This document shows, one piece after another, positions 1 through 14,080 of a stretch of 64,000 bases of DNA. The number at the start of each line of letters is the position of its first letter. Positions within the stretch are counted from its first letter, which is position 1. The notes beneath the pieces were generated by a model. That model was given only the letters and a program-made list of their open reading frames with translations, did not search any database and had not been told where the DNA came from. Source of the DNA: Ramazzottius varieornatus (taxonomy: Eukaryota > Animalia > Tardigrada). A program made the position numbers and the translations under genes. Location of the stretch: assembly GCA_001949185.1 (NCBI GenBank), contig BDGG01000012.1, forward strand, positions 302,973 through 366,972, given 5' to 3'.

Positions 1-3000
1 TTTAACATTCGAGAGACACTAAGGGCTTGGTGAGAAATCAACATCATATATCCTACAGTGTGGATATTCTTAATTGTCATTGGTTTACCGCGAATGATGG
101 AAGGCCGCTGGAATCGTTTGGCGTCTTCTGAGACGTCCTCATGGCTCTCTTCCAAATGAGCAGATTCATTTTGTTCGCGTGGAATCTCCTTATTATTGCT
201 TTGTTGTTGTACCACGGCCTTGGCTCCTTTGATCCGCCAGTTGAGATGCCGTGGGATACTGTAGACCCTCTTCGAAAGTAGTGGCTTGGTGTTTTCGGCG
301 GAGTGGCCGTTGACGTTTGGACGTTCTGCGATGTCGTATTCTTGGCTGAGATTGTTCAACATGGAAGAGGTCTGGTATACCCCATCTTGAAGTCTAAACA
401 CCACCAAGAGATAAGGGGCAGAAAACAGTGCGATGCGGCGGAGAGCCGAACTTACGCTGGTTTCTCCCGGTTAAAGAACGCCTTCCACCTCCGGACGTTT
501 GCACCGTTCCAGGTCCATGTTGTAACGACCATGCCAGTGAAGAAGTAGGGAAGAAGCATGGCGTAGAAGGATCCCAGGTAGGAGTCGCGGACCAAGCGAA
601 TCTCTCCCGAGCAGTTGTATGGGTTCTCCGAGGTGAGCGACTTGACCTGACACCTAGCAGAAATCCCATCAAGTATACAGAGACTGAAAGCATGAGAACA
701 TGGGGAAGACCAGCAAAACAACCGTACGGAATCGTTCTGTCAAGTGGCGCACGTTGTCAGTGTTGTCGGCTAGTTGCGCGCGCCACTTGGAACGATCTTG
801 TCCAGTTCCCAAGTGGCGTTCGCTTTCGCCACCTGACAAATTGTTCCCTTGTGTGGTTCATTTGTCGACCATTCGAACCTGAAAAACTTACTGTACGAAA
901 TGCCATAATCGATCAGCCCAGAATGGGTCTTGAAAGATTATCAAGAACATGCCGACCGCTTGCAAGCTCAAGAACAGAAACACAACGATGCACAGAACAC
1001 CTAAAAACAGGCGGAGTTTGTGGGTACTATTAAATACTTCAGATAGAGTGTGTGGATAAAAATGGAGGAGGAACCATACCGATGAGACGAAGTCGCCGTA
1101 GTACGCTCCGTTGAGTCTTCTGGGCACCGAAGTCACTCAAACGGGATTTTCGAAGGTTTATCGCATCTGCAACGAAGTACGTATGTCAAAAGCCTTTCAG
1201 AATGTTATGGGGGGTTCGATCGGGTGGTACTTACATAAAATGATGAAGACAAAGGAAATGCTCAAAACGATGGCGAAGGGCGCCAACAGGAAGACGCTCT
1301 TGTATCTCGGAGCGATCCAGCAAACGCCCAACAAATTGTTTCCTTCCACCTAAACAGGCTCAAAAACTAGAAAGCCATTCTTCTATCTATCCGAAAACTA
1401 ATTAGCTTACCGCGTGTAAAAAAACCATTGCAACTGCTGGAACCGCCGGTAAGAGCCACGCTGAACCGTGGAAGAACACAGCGCTGGACTTCGTCAGGGG
1501 AAATATGACTTGCGTGCTCTCCTTATGCTTGCTCAGTATCCGACGGAAGTCCAGAAAGCAAGCGAACATCAGGTGGCCGAACCATATCAGTGCGGACAGT
1601 GTGAAGATGTAGGTGGTGAAGAACGTGAACAAACACAGACCCGTATGGGAATTCCAACTGAAAGAAAGTTCAAGGTTGGTCATGGTGTAGTGTCACGACA
1701 CGCATGCGCCACTCACGCTGGGTGACTTTCAATCTGCATCTGCTGGAGTCCGTCTTCCGTGCAGGTAGCCATTTCTCGAAATGTTGGGATAAACTGCACC
1801 AGGTAACCAATGGACGAAAACAGGAAAGAAACGTTCATGAAGAGGATACATTTGTCTGGACACAGTGGAGTAGGACGCATGGTTTTGAGCTTGAGGATGA
1901 TCGACACCTGCAAAGACTCAAATCAGTATTTGGCAAGGCAGTCGGCGCAGAACGATACGGTAAACGCGTCCATCGTAACGGCACGATTTCGACTGTATGG
2001 CCCGGCATCTTGATACCGCGGAATTTGACAATTAGAGTCGTTTTCTCTTCTCGTAGGAAAAGGTGGACTTTGCAAACAAACTTACCATCGCAAAAACGTT
2101 GAGAACGACGCATATTACAGCAAGAATCAGTATAACGATGTGAAAGTCGTTGACGTCGGCGGCTGATAGGAAGGGACCCTGGCAGCGCATTCCGCACGAC
2201 TTCATGTCCGGGTAAAATCGAGACGGATCATTGGTACGCACCAGCGGATCCGGACACAGTCCATCCGTCTTGTTGAACGGTAATCGCAGCATGGCTTCAG
2301 AGAAATCCTACGACGAGAGAACCACAAAGTTCCGAGATTCGTCTAAGCTGAAAGCTTCGAAGTCTCGATTGAAACTACGAGGTAAACGTCACAATTGGGG
2401 CGGGCCAGTTTTCCCGTCATAATTCGGGCGGCTCGAAAAGTTGATACGTTATTCGCTACGCTGTATTGATTGATCACCGTACGTCGGTTGATACAACTTT
2501 AGGCTTTTTAACATTGCGCATACCCCTCTTCCTCCCACCGCTGACTCCGCAACTCTTTGACATCTTCCAATCTTTCAACCTGTTACAAGAGATAGAAGAG
2601 AGCATGTTCTACCCTGGGAAGCAAAAACTAGGCAGTTTGGAGCAGAAACAGCTGAGATACAGACCGCCCAAATTGTGACGGGAAAACTAGCTCGCCCGAA
2701 TTGTGACGTTTACCTCGTAGTTTAGAGCGCAGCAAACGAAACCACAACAATGGCATTGGGTAGTGTGGTGACCGCTTTACCAATCAAATCAAGGTCAGTT
2801 ACGCGACTGTTCAACGGTTGAACCAGACAGAGCTTGACCAGTGGTCATCTCAGCGTGACAGTTGCAACGGCTGCCCATTTATCTTGGTTTAACCTCTCAT
2901 TGGCGAAGAAAGAAGAATTCACATGACAGGGCATCCGTTTATGGAAGTTCAAGACAGGGAGAGAGAATATTTCAATCTTTCCATTAGGGATGGACAGTCT

Positions 3001-4496
3001 GGAATTTCTAGACTGATGTCTACCTCCGCTGCTAATGTATTGCATGAAGCAGCGCATAACACCATAGAATGTCGAGAAACTGTGCGCGACTTTAGCGAGT
3101 TGGACGACACAATACTGAAATGGTGGGAATTCCATCAATATCGCTTCGGTCCGACAGGTGGCGCTCTGGTTGAAACCTCTTTCTGGGAATCCGTCTCGGG
3201 ATAAAAAAACCGCTGCCACCGTCAAGCCGCTGTTTACGGTAGATAGTATATGGGGGAATATTTGAAGATAAAGAATTTGAGACGGTGAATAATTTTATCA
3301 TTGCTCACAAAGAACGCAGAGACTGCGGCAGCGAGTAGCCTTTGCCTGCAAAGTGGGGAGCTCGAGAAGCTCGTGCTCACTTTAGGCTTCTTGACCTTTT
3401 TTCCGAAAATCGAACCTCGATTTAAATTCGTGAATACCAATGATTGTGGTCATATCAGCTGGCTAACTTTTTGCGTAACACTCGATATAATTACGTTAGG
3501 ATGTCGACTCTCGACGAATCGCAGCATGCAAACTTAAAGTGCGTAATATCATACGCCTGGCTCAAGCTATTCCTTCCTGATCTCAAGCATGCAAGCCTTT
3601 GCTCCGGAAAGAATCTGAAGCATGCATATCATTGGCGCCAGATGAGTGAGTCAAGTCAGTTAATTACGTTACAAGTTTCCCACTTCAGCTAATTTGTATC
3701 CATAGCATTTCAAGAGCGCAGACTCACCAGTTCGTTTGCGTCCTCCTGGTTGAAGAGATAACTATCCGAGCAGTTGCTGAGAAAACTCGGGACGTTTTCC
3801 GCAATCGACGAGCAGGCGGCCTTGGCTAAATCACAAACGCGCCTTGACAGTACGTATCGTTTGTCGACCTCGCATTTCGGAAACCTCAACCTGCAAAAAC
3901 CATGGCATCATTTTAGGGCTCGTGGTACCGCGTTCTGCATCTTGCGAAGACTCACTGGGCAGTCGGCGAACAACAAAGCAACCTGCATACATTCCACCGT
4001 TGCGGACTGGTGGTTCGCTGTATGCAGGTTGACGAATATAGCTGGTTATGTTCGCCGATCCCCCGTTCGGTTTGTTTTGAATTCGGTAATTCTGTTTATA
4101 GAGTACGATTGACGCCGTGTTGATTTACCCACAAAGAACAGGCTGCAAGGCCGACCAACAGGCTGGGTAGTAGCGAAAACGTTCGTAATATCGTAATGGA
4201 GTGCTCTTTAGCCGTAAGTAGCGATGGCTTTCCAGCTTTGACGTTTGACGATAAGGCAAAAGTTCACCTGTAAGGTAAAAGGCTCTAAAACCTGAATGTT
4301 GTTCTTTGAAACGTCGGTGAAAAGTGAATAACAGCAAAGAAGACTTACCATAACAATAATGGACCGGCAACGCCGAGCATATCTCCGGGTAATCTGTCAC
4401 TTTCTCCATGCCCATTGTTGATGAACCATTTTCTTGCGATGTCGCAGTTCCCCAGAGAGCGGAAATGACAAAAAGGATGACTTTTCCGGACTTCAT
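1..4496 (-). CDS. smo: Smoothened-like class F GPCR, paralogue A (about 11 exons; 3' end may lie beyond the left edge)
   Basis: Exons splice in frame at GT-AG sites. Signal peptide MKSGKVILFVISALWG (ATG 4496); CRD CYGELLPYRQTS..CWSALQPVLCGLRFPKC..CDLAKAAC; linker FNKTDGLCPDPLVRTNDPSRFYPDMKSCGMRCQGPF; TM2 PDKCILFMNVSFLFSSIGYLVQF..CTEDG; TM3-4 CLFTFFTTYIFTLSALIWF..FHGSAWLLP; ECL2 VEGNNLLGVCWI; TM7 FTGMVVTTWTW. All resemble SMO rather than Frizzled. Confidence 0.88.
2378..2717. mobile_element. MITE with CGAGGTAAACG TIRs and TA target duplication, in an smo-A intron
   Basis: ta|CGAGGTAAACGTCACAATT ... AATTGTGACGTTTACCTCG|ta; imperfect inverted repeat extends about 55 bp. Related ends at 19183-19649. 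Confidence 0.8.
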
Positions 4497-6539
4497 TTTG
4501 CAAACGACGTGGACTGTATGTCTTCTATTTCGCCACAAGCGCAATTAAGTTTTGGCCATTGACGATACTATAACTACCCAACCACACAAAGCCAGTAGAA
4601 AGAATATCAAAAATCTCAAATGAAACCGACAAAACGATATATTCGAATAAATGGTCAAGGAAATATTGCGGGAAAAGAACAAAATGAAAGTAAAAACTTG
4701 ATAATATTACATGGAAAAATCCTGGACAAAATTATGTATAATTTCCGCTCCACAGTAAACATTGAAAACATTGGGCAAAATAATTTCAGAAATCCATGAC
4801 CGATGTTGTGATATCAGAGGCGTTGATGCATAACGGAATCGGACGTGGAAAAAGTCAGGAAACAGACCGGCTCGATCATAAAGCTCTCTAGACGATCGCG
4901 ACGAACGTTGAGAGTTGAGGTGGTCCTCGACTTCTCATGTGGCTCGTCTTTAGCCCAGCTTAAAATGCTACGTATCAGCTCTTGAATTGTAATGCACACT
5001 GAGACGCGATGGCCAAGTACTTCTCGTGCGTAAATTGAATAACCCAATGCCAAAAATAGTTTATGATGAGAACAGTGGAAATTCAAGTAAAACTCACCAC
5101 TTCAGATAACAAAACCGCCGTCGGCCTTACCGAAAAGCACCACGTTCACGCCGCGATTACTTAATCTACGGAGACCTGTCTGCGAGTCTACGTACACAAC
5201 GAAATTCTTTGGTTCTTTTCGCTTGACTAGCTTTCCTGGCGGACTTTGTTATGTTGGCATTGAAGTTCGCTGCTCTCTCTTAGTCAAATTTGTAAGAGGA
5301 GAAGCCCGATTTTCTCGGGTAATTTCTTGTGAGGCTCTTGGGACGCTCGACGGGACGGTCTATGCATATCACCACGACGTCTTTGCTTGCTTAGATCCGT
5401 TTTGCGACTCGTTGTGTTTCGACAATAGAAGATTACGACCTGTTGTGCTTATCTTCGATATGGCGAAAACCTGAGACAACGAAAGTACGCCGTACTTGAA
5501 GCTTGCGTAATACTGTATTGACTTCGACGTTCGCGAGTCTCAACTGCGAGGAGCCATCGGTGAATAAATGTTGACGCGGGAAGTATGGTAGATATATAGT
5601 GCGGCTGATATTAAGATTTGCTGACTGGCCAATCAGTTATGATATTTAATATTCATTACTCTGCTTGTTGACGATCACTTCTCGTCAGTCGAACGGTCCT
5701 CTGGTGTGCAGTTCCTGGAGAGGAACTGGTACGTCGGCAAATGAATTCTTCCAGACCGTTATCTCAAGTGGCGCACTATCTTCGCCCACAACAATGTAAG
5801 CGCGCGCCACTTGAGGAAACGATTTGGGTGAAATCATGCGCCGACGTTTCAGTGCTTGGGCCTTAACAAAGTTTTGAAACAAGGAAGTTTGTTCGGTGAT
5901 TTTAGTAAACTTGAACTTGGCGGATGATAATTTTCAAGATCGGAAGCGGGTGTGTGTCATAAAAGCAAATAATATCATAGCGGCACAGTATGTAATCAGG
6001 ATGATTGTCGAGTTTGTTTGCATGTTTAACAAGCCTGTGACAAGCTTGTGTCGATGTTAGCAATTCCCAGATTTCATCACTGCTCCAGGAAATCGCGGAA
6101 CTCGTACCAGGAAGTTGACGGGAAAGACGCAGTCCTTGAATTTATAACACCACAGTATGATATGCTAAATTGTTGATGGCTGGCATTTGCTCTTTTTGCA
6201 ACAGAACAAACCGCGCCATCCATCAACCACCAAATTATCCACAGACCATCAATCACATCATTTCCACCATTTGCACCAAATTTAAATTTCCAACAAGCAC
6301 TTGCTCAATCATGCCAGTTCGACCTTTACTCGGTCCTTGTACAGCAACCATACGAAAAACTTACTCGAATGAAGGAAAGCGTACGTACCGAAAATATTGT
6401 AATGTCCGGAATACTTCCGTGCACGGGAAGAACATTGACTGACTTTTGAGTATACCAAAGCACACTATTCCGATAAGGTAAACAGAATTCTTTTCGAAGC
6501 GAAACAAAACAACAAGCCGGTGTCTGAAAAGTGGATAAG

Positions 6540-6818
6540 TTATCTGTTCCGGTGTGATGGTGTGGGTCCGCAACAAGGGAAACAACACAACCAGCAGCTG
6601 CCCTTTTTCTCTGGGACGACCACGTCGGGAAGCTCCATACTGGCCGCTCGTTCCATCACAGGATGCCTCCCGGACTCCTTCTTCGGTCCAGTTCGGGAAG
6701 GTAAGGGACGGCTGAGGTTACTCTGGCTGGCGGAGGTGGGGAAGTGGTTGTGGCCGCCTGGTGGATGGGAATGGTGAGAACGATCACGTCTTCTGCGTTG
6801 CTTTATGAAGAACCACAT
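6540..6818 (-). CDS. Putative small protein (92 aa) with basic N-terminus and C-terminal Cys cluster
   Basis: ORF MWFFIKQRRRRDR...KKGSCWLCCFPCCGPTPSHRNR; protein-like composition, no family recognised. Confidence 0.35.
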   Translation of the reverse strand: MWFFIKQRRRRDRSHHSHPPGGHNHFPTSASQSNLSRPLPSRTGPKKESGRHPVMERAASMELPDVVVPEKKGSCWLCCFPCCGPTPSHRNR

Positions 6819-9800
6819 TTTCCGACCAACGATAAAACTCCTTAAGAAACACAAGCAGATATTCCCGAAGAAGGCCAAAACGGCGAGAGCAATCCAAGTA
6901 AAATTTTGAGAAGACTCCCGGATCCCAGTCAGTCACATAGGAAAACAGGTTTGATACGCAGAGACACGACGGAAGGTCAGCCAGGTCTTCGCAGCTGTTC
7001 GCCACGGAAAATTGGAATAAACGATTAGAGATTGATCGATGAAGGATGCAAGCGTTGGGGTCGATCGTCTGCTCGGCCGGCACTCTGCTGACCACAATCA
7101 GAATAAATTTTCCGAGTATCCAGTCAAAGATCGACATGCATGGGGTTCATCAGCTCAAGGCGATGAAGCTCGTCTGACGTCGGCAAGAAGGTTCTGACAA
7201 GGGTGCATATCTTGACTTGGCGGCTTAACACTGGCCAACGAGGGTACCACACAGGCTTGCCAAGGGGATTTTGTGCGACCAGGATAACGACGGGACCAGA
7301 AGGAGGCAAGGAAGGAAGGCTAAGCTTTGAATTTCCGTTCCCGCGCGCCTGCTGAGCTCACTGGGCGGCCAAACTTGATGAGACCATGATTGCCATTTGC
7401 CAGCCAGAAGGAAACTTGGTGAGACTTGACCAGAAAGCTCAATATCGAGAGCACTAGTGTTCAGTCCATTACACCGGGTTATTTACCGACTCAAAGAAGC
7501 GAAACTTGGGTAGGGTGGAATTTACGGATTCGTCTGGAAGGAACGTCAAGATGGAGATTATGTATACGCATACATATACATGGTGGCATGCGTGACGACA
7601 TGATAACAGTTGGCTACATTACATTACATGGCCCATCCCTTTACGCATGTACGAACTTGGGTGCAGAACGACACAGGAACCCAGCCGGAAGTGGTTCCCC
7701 CAACGATGGCGTCAAGTCTGACTGCCGCTTTTCTGAAGTTGACATGACGAATCTAACGAGGATACAGTGCATCTGACAGTTAGGACGGACGGGGTGCTTG
7801 AAGATGATTCAAACATTAAATTGTTACGACTGTAGACATGGGCGGATGGCGCGCTGCCGTATCTGAGTGTCACGTCTGTATCATCTGGGATAAGCCTCAT
7901 TGCGATTTTACTAAAACCTGGAATATCATGTCCTAAACTCATGGCGCTTGATCCTTTTCGCGTTCCCTCGGTCGAACTGCAAAGTCTCGAAAGTGTAGAC
8001 CGTACTTGAGAAACATATCGTCCACGAAAAACATTGCGAACTCTTCGGACTGTTTCACATCTGTCGACACGAAAAAATTGAGTGGCCTAGATATGATCGT
8101 AAACAAATTTATTTAGCAAAGTTTCATAAACAGCCTAACGAAACATGTGATGTGTTTACTCTCTCAAACAACGGCCAGTGTTTAATAGTGGGCAGGAAAA
8201 AACAGAACCCTTGTGAGGACATGCGACACCTTTTGGATGCTGCACGGACACATCCAAAAAAGCGTACACGCAGGACGAGATATTACGGGCCAGTAAAAGT
8301 TACGGGCCAGGCGGAAAAGACGGCAAATTTTCAATTTGTATGGAAGTCGGAAACAGAAATCGCACAAACGACGTAACGTAGTAAAATTCAACCGTAGAAA
8401 ATTGTCATGGACAGTGGCCATCAGCTAATAAGCTGTTTTACGCTAACACTTCTATGCTGTTGTCGACTTTCTCCCGGAGGCCGGAGAAGCCTTTTCCGCA
8501 GACCTCAATTTTTCATATGGTTCAATCGATAGTGAGTACCATAGAGGTTGATACAAGATGTCTTGTAGGGTTTATGACACAGTATCATAATGCACAAAGC
8601 TTCCTGGAGCAACGAGGGTTCTCCGCCTAATCTACAGGGAATATGACCAGGCTGTACCATTTACATTTGTTTTACCAGCTGGCATCAGGGAGTACAATCG
8701 AATGAGCGCCACAGCCTTGCTCGCCGGAAATCAAGCTTTCAAGCACAGTAGGCCACAGCCATGTATCTAATCACTTCGACAAGTGCACGTAGGAGCCAAG
8801 GCCTTTCACCCAGATTGGACCAGATCGCTTCTCGTATTCTCGTATTCCAACGTACCGTTTTACTTTCACGACCTTAATTTCCGTTTGATATTTATTCCAT
8901 GGAGCTATTATGCACGAAGCAAGACTCCCTTGAGCTTCCCGAGGAACTGTAAAAGTGCAGTAATGCTACGGTTGGGGTAGATAAAGGGAGTGCTGCCAAA
9001 CGGATTGCTGTCTCTGCAGGAAGAAAATGCCTTTTATTTGGGGTGATTTAACTAATGGAAAGCGATGCATCACTCAATTTTTTCCCCCTGCGTGAGCAAA
9101 TTATAATTCCATTACACCTTCACGCATCAGTGGCCTGGACGAAACTGACAAGTGTCACGCCTAATTTCCGGTTCCTCGCATCTCTCACGGAACCTTCTTT
9201 CAAAGTTGAAGACGCAGATGCCACCGTCAACGTGCGTCCGAGACGAAACACAGCGACCACAAGAGTGTCAACGAAACCCGAGACTTTGAAACTCGGAAGC
9301 TCTTTCCGCACTGGACTTGCGACTCGATGACTGCTGTACCATGTCAAACTTGCATGTTGTAATACAAACAGCTTCCGGCCCACATCTTATTGCGTCACGG
9401 GTCTCTGTGGCTGCCAAGCAGCTAGGTCTGCGTTCGGATCCTATCATCGTCCCGGACGCCTTAATCAAACAGCTTCTTGGAGAGGATCAGCTATCGCCTT
9501 GTCTCGAACTCGCTGTAGTTGATCCCGTAAGATACCGCAACGCAATGCAAAATAAGTCTCGATCACTGACAATGAACGAAAGGATCACGGTCCGAAGGGA
9601 CCCCAACTTTCAGACACTGCCACTGTTGTATCAGCTGTCGTCGATCCGGCACTCGATCTTTCTGTCTGCAACAGGAGCCATGTGAGCTCCTGCCACAAGC
9701 AGCCGTCAGAGCTGTCTACACGGATGCGGCGTGTCGGAACGAGAAGTGCATAAACTGTATCCAATTAGCCTGACAAGACAAGATGGGTGCTGGTTAGTGG

Positions 9801-10633
9801 TTAGCATAACACGGACCAACTGTTGATTATATCCTACGTATAACAGACACGCGCACCATTCAAGCACGCCAATTTCACCAAGACACCACCCTGGGTTCCA
9901 CGGTCAGTTCATGTTTTGAAGAAACCCACTGCACCACAGAAACTTTCCCATCAAACTTAAACGACCGCCGCCCAATCAGCGGCTACTTCCGGGTTCGTCA
10001 CAATTACTCTTTTCCTTCCCTCAAACACTGGGTAGCCAATATTCAACAAAGTTGTAAAGGAAAACCTACCCTTCTGTACCGAAGAATGAGTAGACCTACG
10101 GTCCCTAGTTACCCACATTATACGTTAGAACTCGTGTGATGAATGGTTTCCGTGATATCGGGAGTTGCCCTAGACGGTGCGAAGTCAGAAGTGAAAAGTC
10201 ATGATGTTTTGCGTTCAGTTTGACACCTTAGTGGCGAAGCCCAACTGGATTATGGGTAAACGAAAGCCACGCGACCACACCGCGAAGCCACAATTGTCAA
10301 TCGACCTCCGAGAAACTCTGCGGTAGCCTACCGAGTGGAAGGAGAGATATCGCAAGAATTCGGATAAGATAATTAACTAAGCCATATACACAACACCAAT
10401 CTCATCAGCCCCAATTTTGCCCCATCACAGCATCACACTGGAAGTTTCCATTCTGCAGGCGCAAAGCTCTGATTAGAACCTGTACTTCCCTGTCCTACTT
10501 CCTGTCCTCGTTTCGAATCAAAAGTGATCCAGCGAAGCTGCAGGCGAACCATGATGGAAGAATCGGAAACAGTATGTATCGTGTTTATGCAGCGCTAACG
10601 TTTACTCCAAATCAGTGCAAGTGTTTGATTATA

Positions 10634-10904
10634 TAGAAGCCTCGGCAAAGCTAAAATAAGCCGCTTTAGCCGTTCTTAGCCGTGGCTAAAAATATTTTAG
10701 CCGCGGCTAAAATGTATTGTGCGTTGATTGATTAATTGATGTTGAGTCGGCTGAAATAGTTTTGGCATCAATAAATCATTCGAACGCACAATACATTCTA
10801 GCCGTGGCTAAAAGTATTTTAGGTGCTTTAGCCGCGGCTAAAATATTTTTAGCCACGGCTAAGAACGGCTCAAACGGCTTACTTTGACTTCGCCGAGCCT
10901 TCTG
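10634..10904. mobile_element. Palindromic MITE with internal TAGCCGCGGCTA repeats and TA flanks
   Basis: Ends TAGAAGCCTCGGCAAAGCTAAAATAAGCCG / CGGCTTACTTTGACTTCGCCGAGCCTTCTG are imperfect inverted repeats; a partial copy lies near 42195-42382. Confidence 0.75.
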
Positions 10905-11035
10905 TATTTGATTAACGAAAGAACGTCGGCAAATGGGCCGAACATGATCGTTATCCCAAGTGACGCACACGTTCATTGCTACTGGCTGTAAGCGTGCGCT
11001 ACTTGGAGAAACGACCTCGTTCAACTCGTTTCCCG

Positions 11036-12384
11036 ATGTCCCATGAATTTTTACAGCTGGAAAGTCCGCCGACGATCAGGACCACAACAGAGTCCAAAAA
11101 GCCCATCACAATTTCACTCGTGGACAAACCACCGGACCGGACTGGAGTTTTCACCACGGACCCACTACCATCCACATCACGAGGTGCCGGAACACACACT
11201 CTGCCTCACACCGCACACATCCCCGTTTCACCTCCCCAGTCACTACTTCGTTCCGACCCCAAACGTCGTGAAAAACTCTACAAGGTTCTTGTGATCGGTG
11301 ACATTGGCGTTGGAAAGACCAGCTGCGTCAAACGTTACGTTCACCGATTTTTCTCCCAACAGTACAGAGCCACTGTAAGAAAACCTCGCCAACAAGTTTC
11401 ACTGATACGAAAACTGCTTTCGTCGCTTACATACCTAAAACGAACTAGGCCTATTGGTAGATCGGGGTTGACTTTGCCCTCAAAATCATCAACTGGGACC
11501 AGAACACGGTAATCCGACTACAGCTGTGGGATATCGGTAAGCTCACTGCGCGGCGCGCTCAAACTTGCGAACCGCATTAAGTTTCTAAAGAGTGAAGACA
11601 GTCCTACGGTTCTGCGACTGCTTTTTTTCCTGTTCGTAGCTGGACAAGAACGGTTCGGGCATATGACGCGGGTGTACTACAAAGACGCCATCGGAGCTCT
11701 CATCGTCTTCGACATAAACCGAATGGCGACCTTCGAAGCAGTCACGAAATGGAAAAAGGACCTCGACCAGAAAGTGGAGCTGCCCGATGGGAAACCAGTG
11801 CCTTGCGTCCTCCTAGGGAATAAAGTGTGTACAGGACCCTACACCTCGATTAGGTTCAAAGAAGATTGTGCCGTGATTGTATTTGCAGTGTGACCAGACG
11901 AGGGACGAGCAAGTACCCGAAGGTCCCCGCATGGATCAGTTTCTGCGGGAAAATGGCTTTTGTGGGTATTTCGAAACATCAGCCAAGGACAACATCGGCA
12001 TCGACGAGTCAGCCAGATATCTGCTCTCGAAGGTATGTCCTGAGTTTACCCTATGCTAGAAGTTCCTCACTTATTTGTAAAAGACAGTGAAAGACAATTA
12101 TGGTATGGGCAAATGATCTGAGCGAGATTGGTTTCCAAGTGGCGCACATTTGGAACCATTAACAATATAAACATGCGCCACTTGGTTCATTTTTCCGGGC
12201 TGGTTCATTTTTTCATGTGCCCATATCAGAGTTTCGAAAGTAATGTATGCTGTATCTGCAGATCATCGAGAATGAGGTTCCTGTGCCTGCCGAAGTCGAT
12301 AAAGACAGGCTACGACTCGATCGTCCTTCGCCTAACTCGAACGCGATGCACACGCATCAACAAAGCGGAACTTGTGGCTGCTAA
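11036..12384 (+). CDS. Rab32: Rab32/Rab38-family small GTPase (5 exons)
   Basis: GDIGVGKTS, YRATIGVDFALK, spliced WDIAGQERFGHMTRVYYK (WDIAGQE is the Rab32/38/29 signature), NKCD, ETSAK, C-terminal CGC prenylation motif. Exons ~11036-11374, 11461-11536, 11640-11824, 11889-12032, 12262-12384. Confidence 0.93.
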
Positions 12385-12687
12385 AGGTTTCTCCCGAAAC
12401 CAAGTAGCTTTCACGGGATCTGCGCGGAAGAAGACACAACATTTCCGCCCCGTCCGGTCACAAAAGGAGCAAGAAGGAGCATGTTAATCAAGATCGAGAA
12501 TTTATCTTTGAATACTCTGGACCCCAACCAACCCACACAGGAGTATTCATACTCATACTCGCCATCAAAAGTTTACCCAGTCAAAATTTTAATGTGAATG
12601 TTTTATGCGTAAAACGGAAACAAGAGCTGTCATTATACTTCACTTACTTGTCTTGCCAGCAATTTCTTGTGTCAAAACTTGCTTGGT

Positions 12688-13909
12688 TCAAAACATCTTG
12701 GGATTGTACAGTGTGGCTTTCTTAACAACCGGAGCTTTTCCAGCGGCAAGCGGGGCGTCTTTCGTCATGGGCTTGCCACTGATTCCGCAGGTTCCTACAC
12801 CGACGCGTCCACCTGTCGACTCCGAAGTAGCGAAGATACTCTTCTTGATTACACCCGTAAAGGACTTCTTGCCAGCCTGGAACGAGACGGAAAACGGACA
12901 TGTGAGGGAGGAACGAATGAGCTCTTGGATGTGGAAAAATACAGACCTTGTGCTGGAAGCTCTTCCACTTGCCAGCTTCCTTCTCACGAAGCTGTTCCGT
13001 CTCGCGGATCTTCTCGTTGTACTTGGCCTTTTTCTTCTTCTTGGCTTCTATCTGGGCTTTTAGCTGCTCCTTCCTAAGGTGAAGCATACACATGTCAGAA
13101 TAATCTGCATCTTTTCAGTAATTGTATCTAACAGGAAATGATACTGATACTTACTTGTTCTTGGTGGCCAAGCGTTGCTCCATCGCGACGCTCGTAGAAG
13201 GGATATCTTCGTATTGATACTCATTTCGTTTCGAGGACTTCTTTACAGGTACTGATCCTGGCCGTTGCAAGGTGGACATCTATGCATAACAAGAAGCATT
13301 AGTATCTTATCACTATAGCTTAATAGCGATAACGCAAAGTGGGACTAACAGGCACGCTGTCTGTAACTTCGAGATCCTGAAACTCAACGTCGCAGTGTCC
13401 ATCAGGTCTGATGTTTTTGACAGTGCCGTTGTAGAATCTACAAAGTGAAACAGAAGTCATTTGAACATCGAACAGCCGTTAACTGGTTCTGCTTTCTTCT
13501 GAATAGGGGACCGGAAGCGGCTACGCTGACACTAGAACTTACTCTCCATCCTCCGACCACAGCGCGATGCAACGATCGCCCACGTTCCATCCTGCGTCGG
13601 AAGACAAAGTGGTATCTTCATTATTCGATGCGGAGCTGACTCGAACCTGCGTTATCAGCTCGAGGGTAACGTCGATAACTTGCTGAAGATTCTGCTGGAG
13701 GGTTAACAGCTCCTCGTTATCTGGCTGACTGGTGAGCGCTGCTTCTACCTGAAAGTACACAGCGCAAGGGAATTACTTTCCGCTTCGGTTACGGCCGACG
13801 GATGTGTCGACGAAGTTCAGAGGAAGAGATAGGATTACACACTAACCTGACGAAGCTGAAGTTTGTAACTGGACAGATTGGACGAAAGCTCTTCAGGCGA
13901 AGATGCCAT
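12688..13909 (-). CDS. SMNDC1: Survival motor neuron domain-containing protein 1 / SPF30 (Tudor-domain splicing factor)
   Basis: NLSSYKLQLRQ|VEAALTSQPDNEELLTLQQNLQQVIDVT; Tudor WNVGDRCIALWSEDG; C-terminal KKSIFATSESTGGRVGVGTCG. Confidence 0.92.
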
Positions 13910-14080
13910 GATAGCTCAAAAGAAGTTACGGGCACCAGCAGAGTGCTACTACTGTATAGTACTCCCACGCCGTATGGGATCCAAGGCATCAGAACAGGAG
14001 GAGAACACGTGGGCTACAGAATGAAGAAGGAGGAAATTCTCGAGGACGCAATTACGTATGAAGTAAAACAAAATCAGATA

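Noticed and set aside
428-1033. 201-aa plus-strand ORF
   Set aside because: Antisense to smo-A exons and runs through an intronic repeat; no recognisable domain.
2845-3225. Extra smo-A exon (GFNQSATC resembles the linker)
   Set aside because: The CRD exon splices in phase directly to the linker exon near 2307, and the similarity is too short.
9055-9685. ORFs 9055-9330 and 9317-9685
   Set aside because: No motif, splice support or family resemblance; possibly UTR or non-coding.
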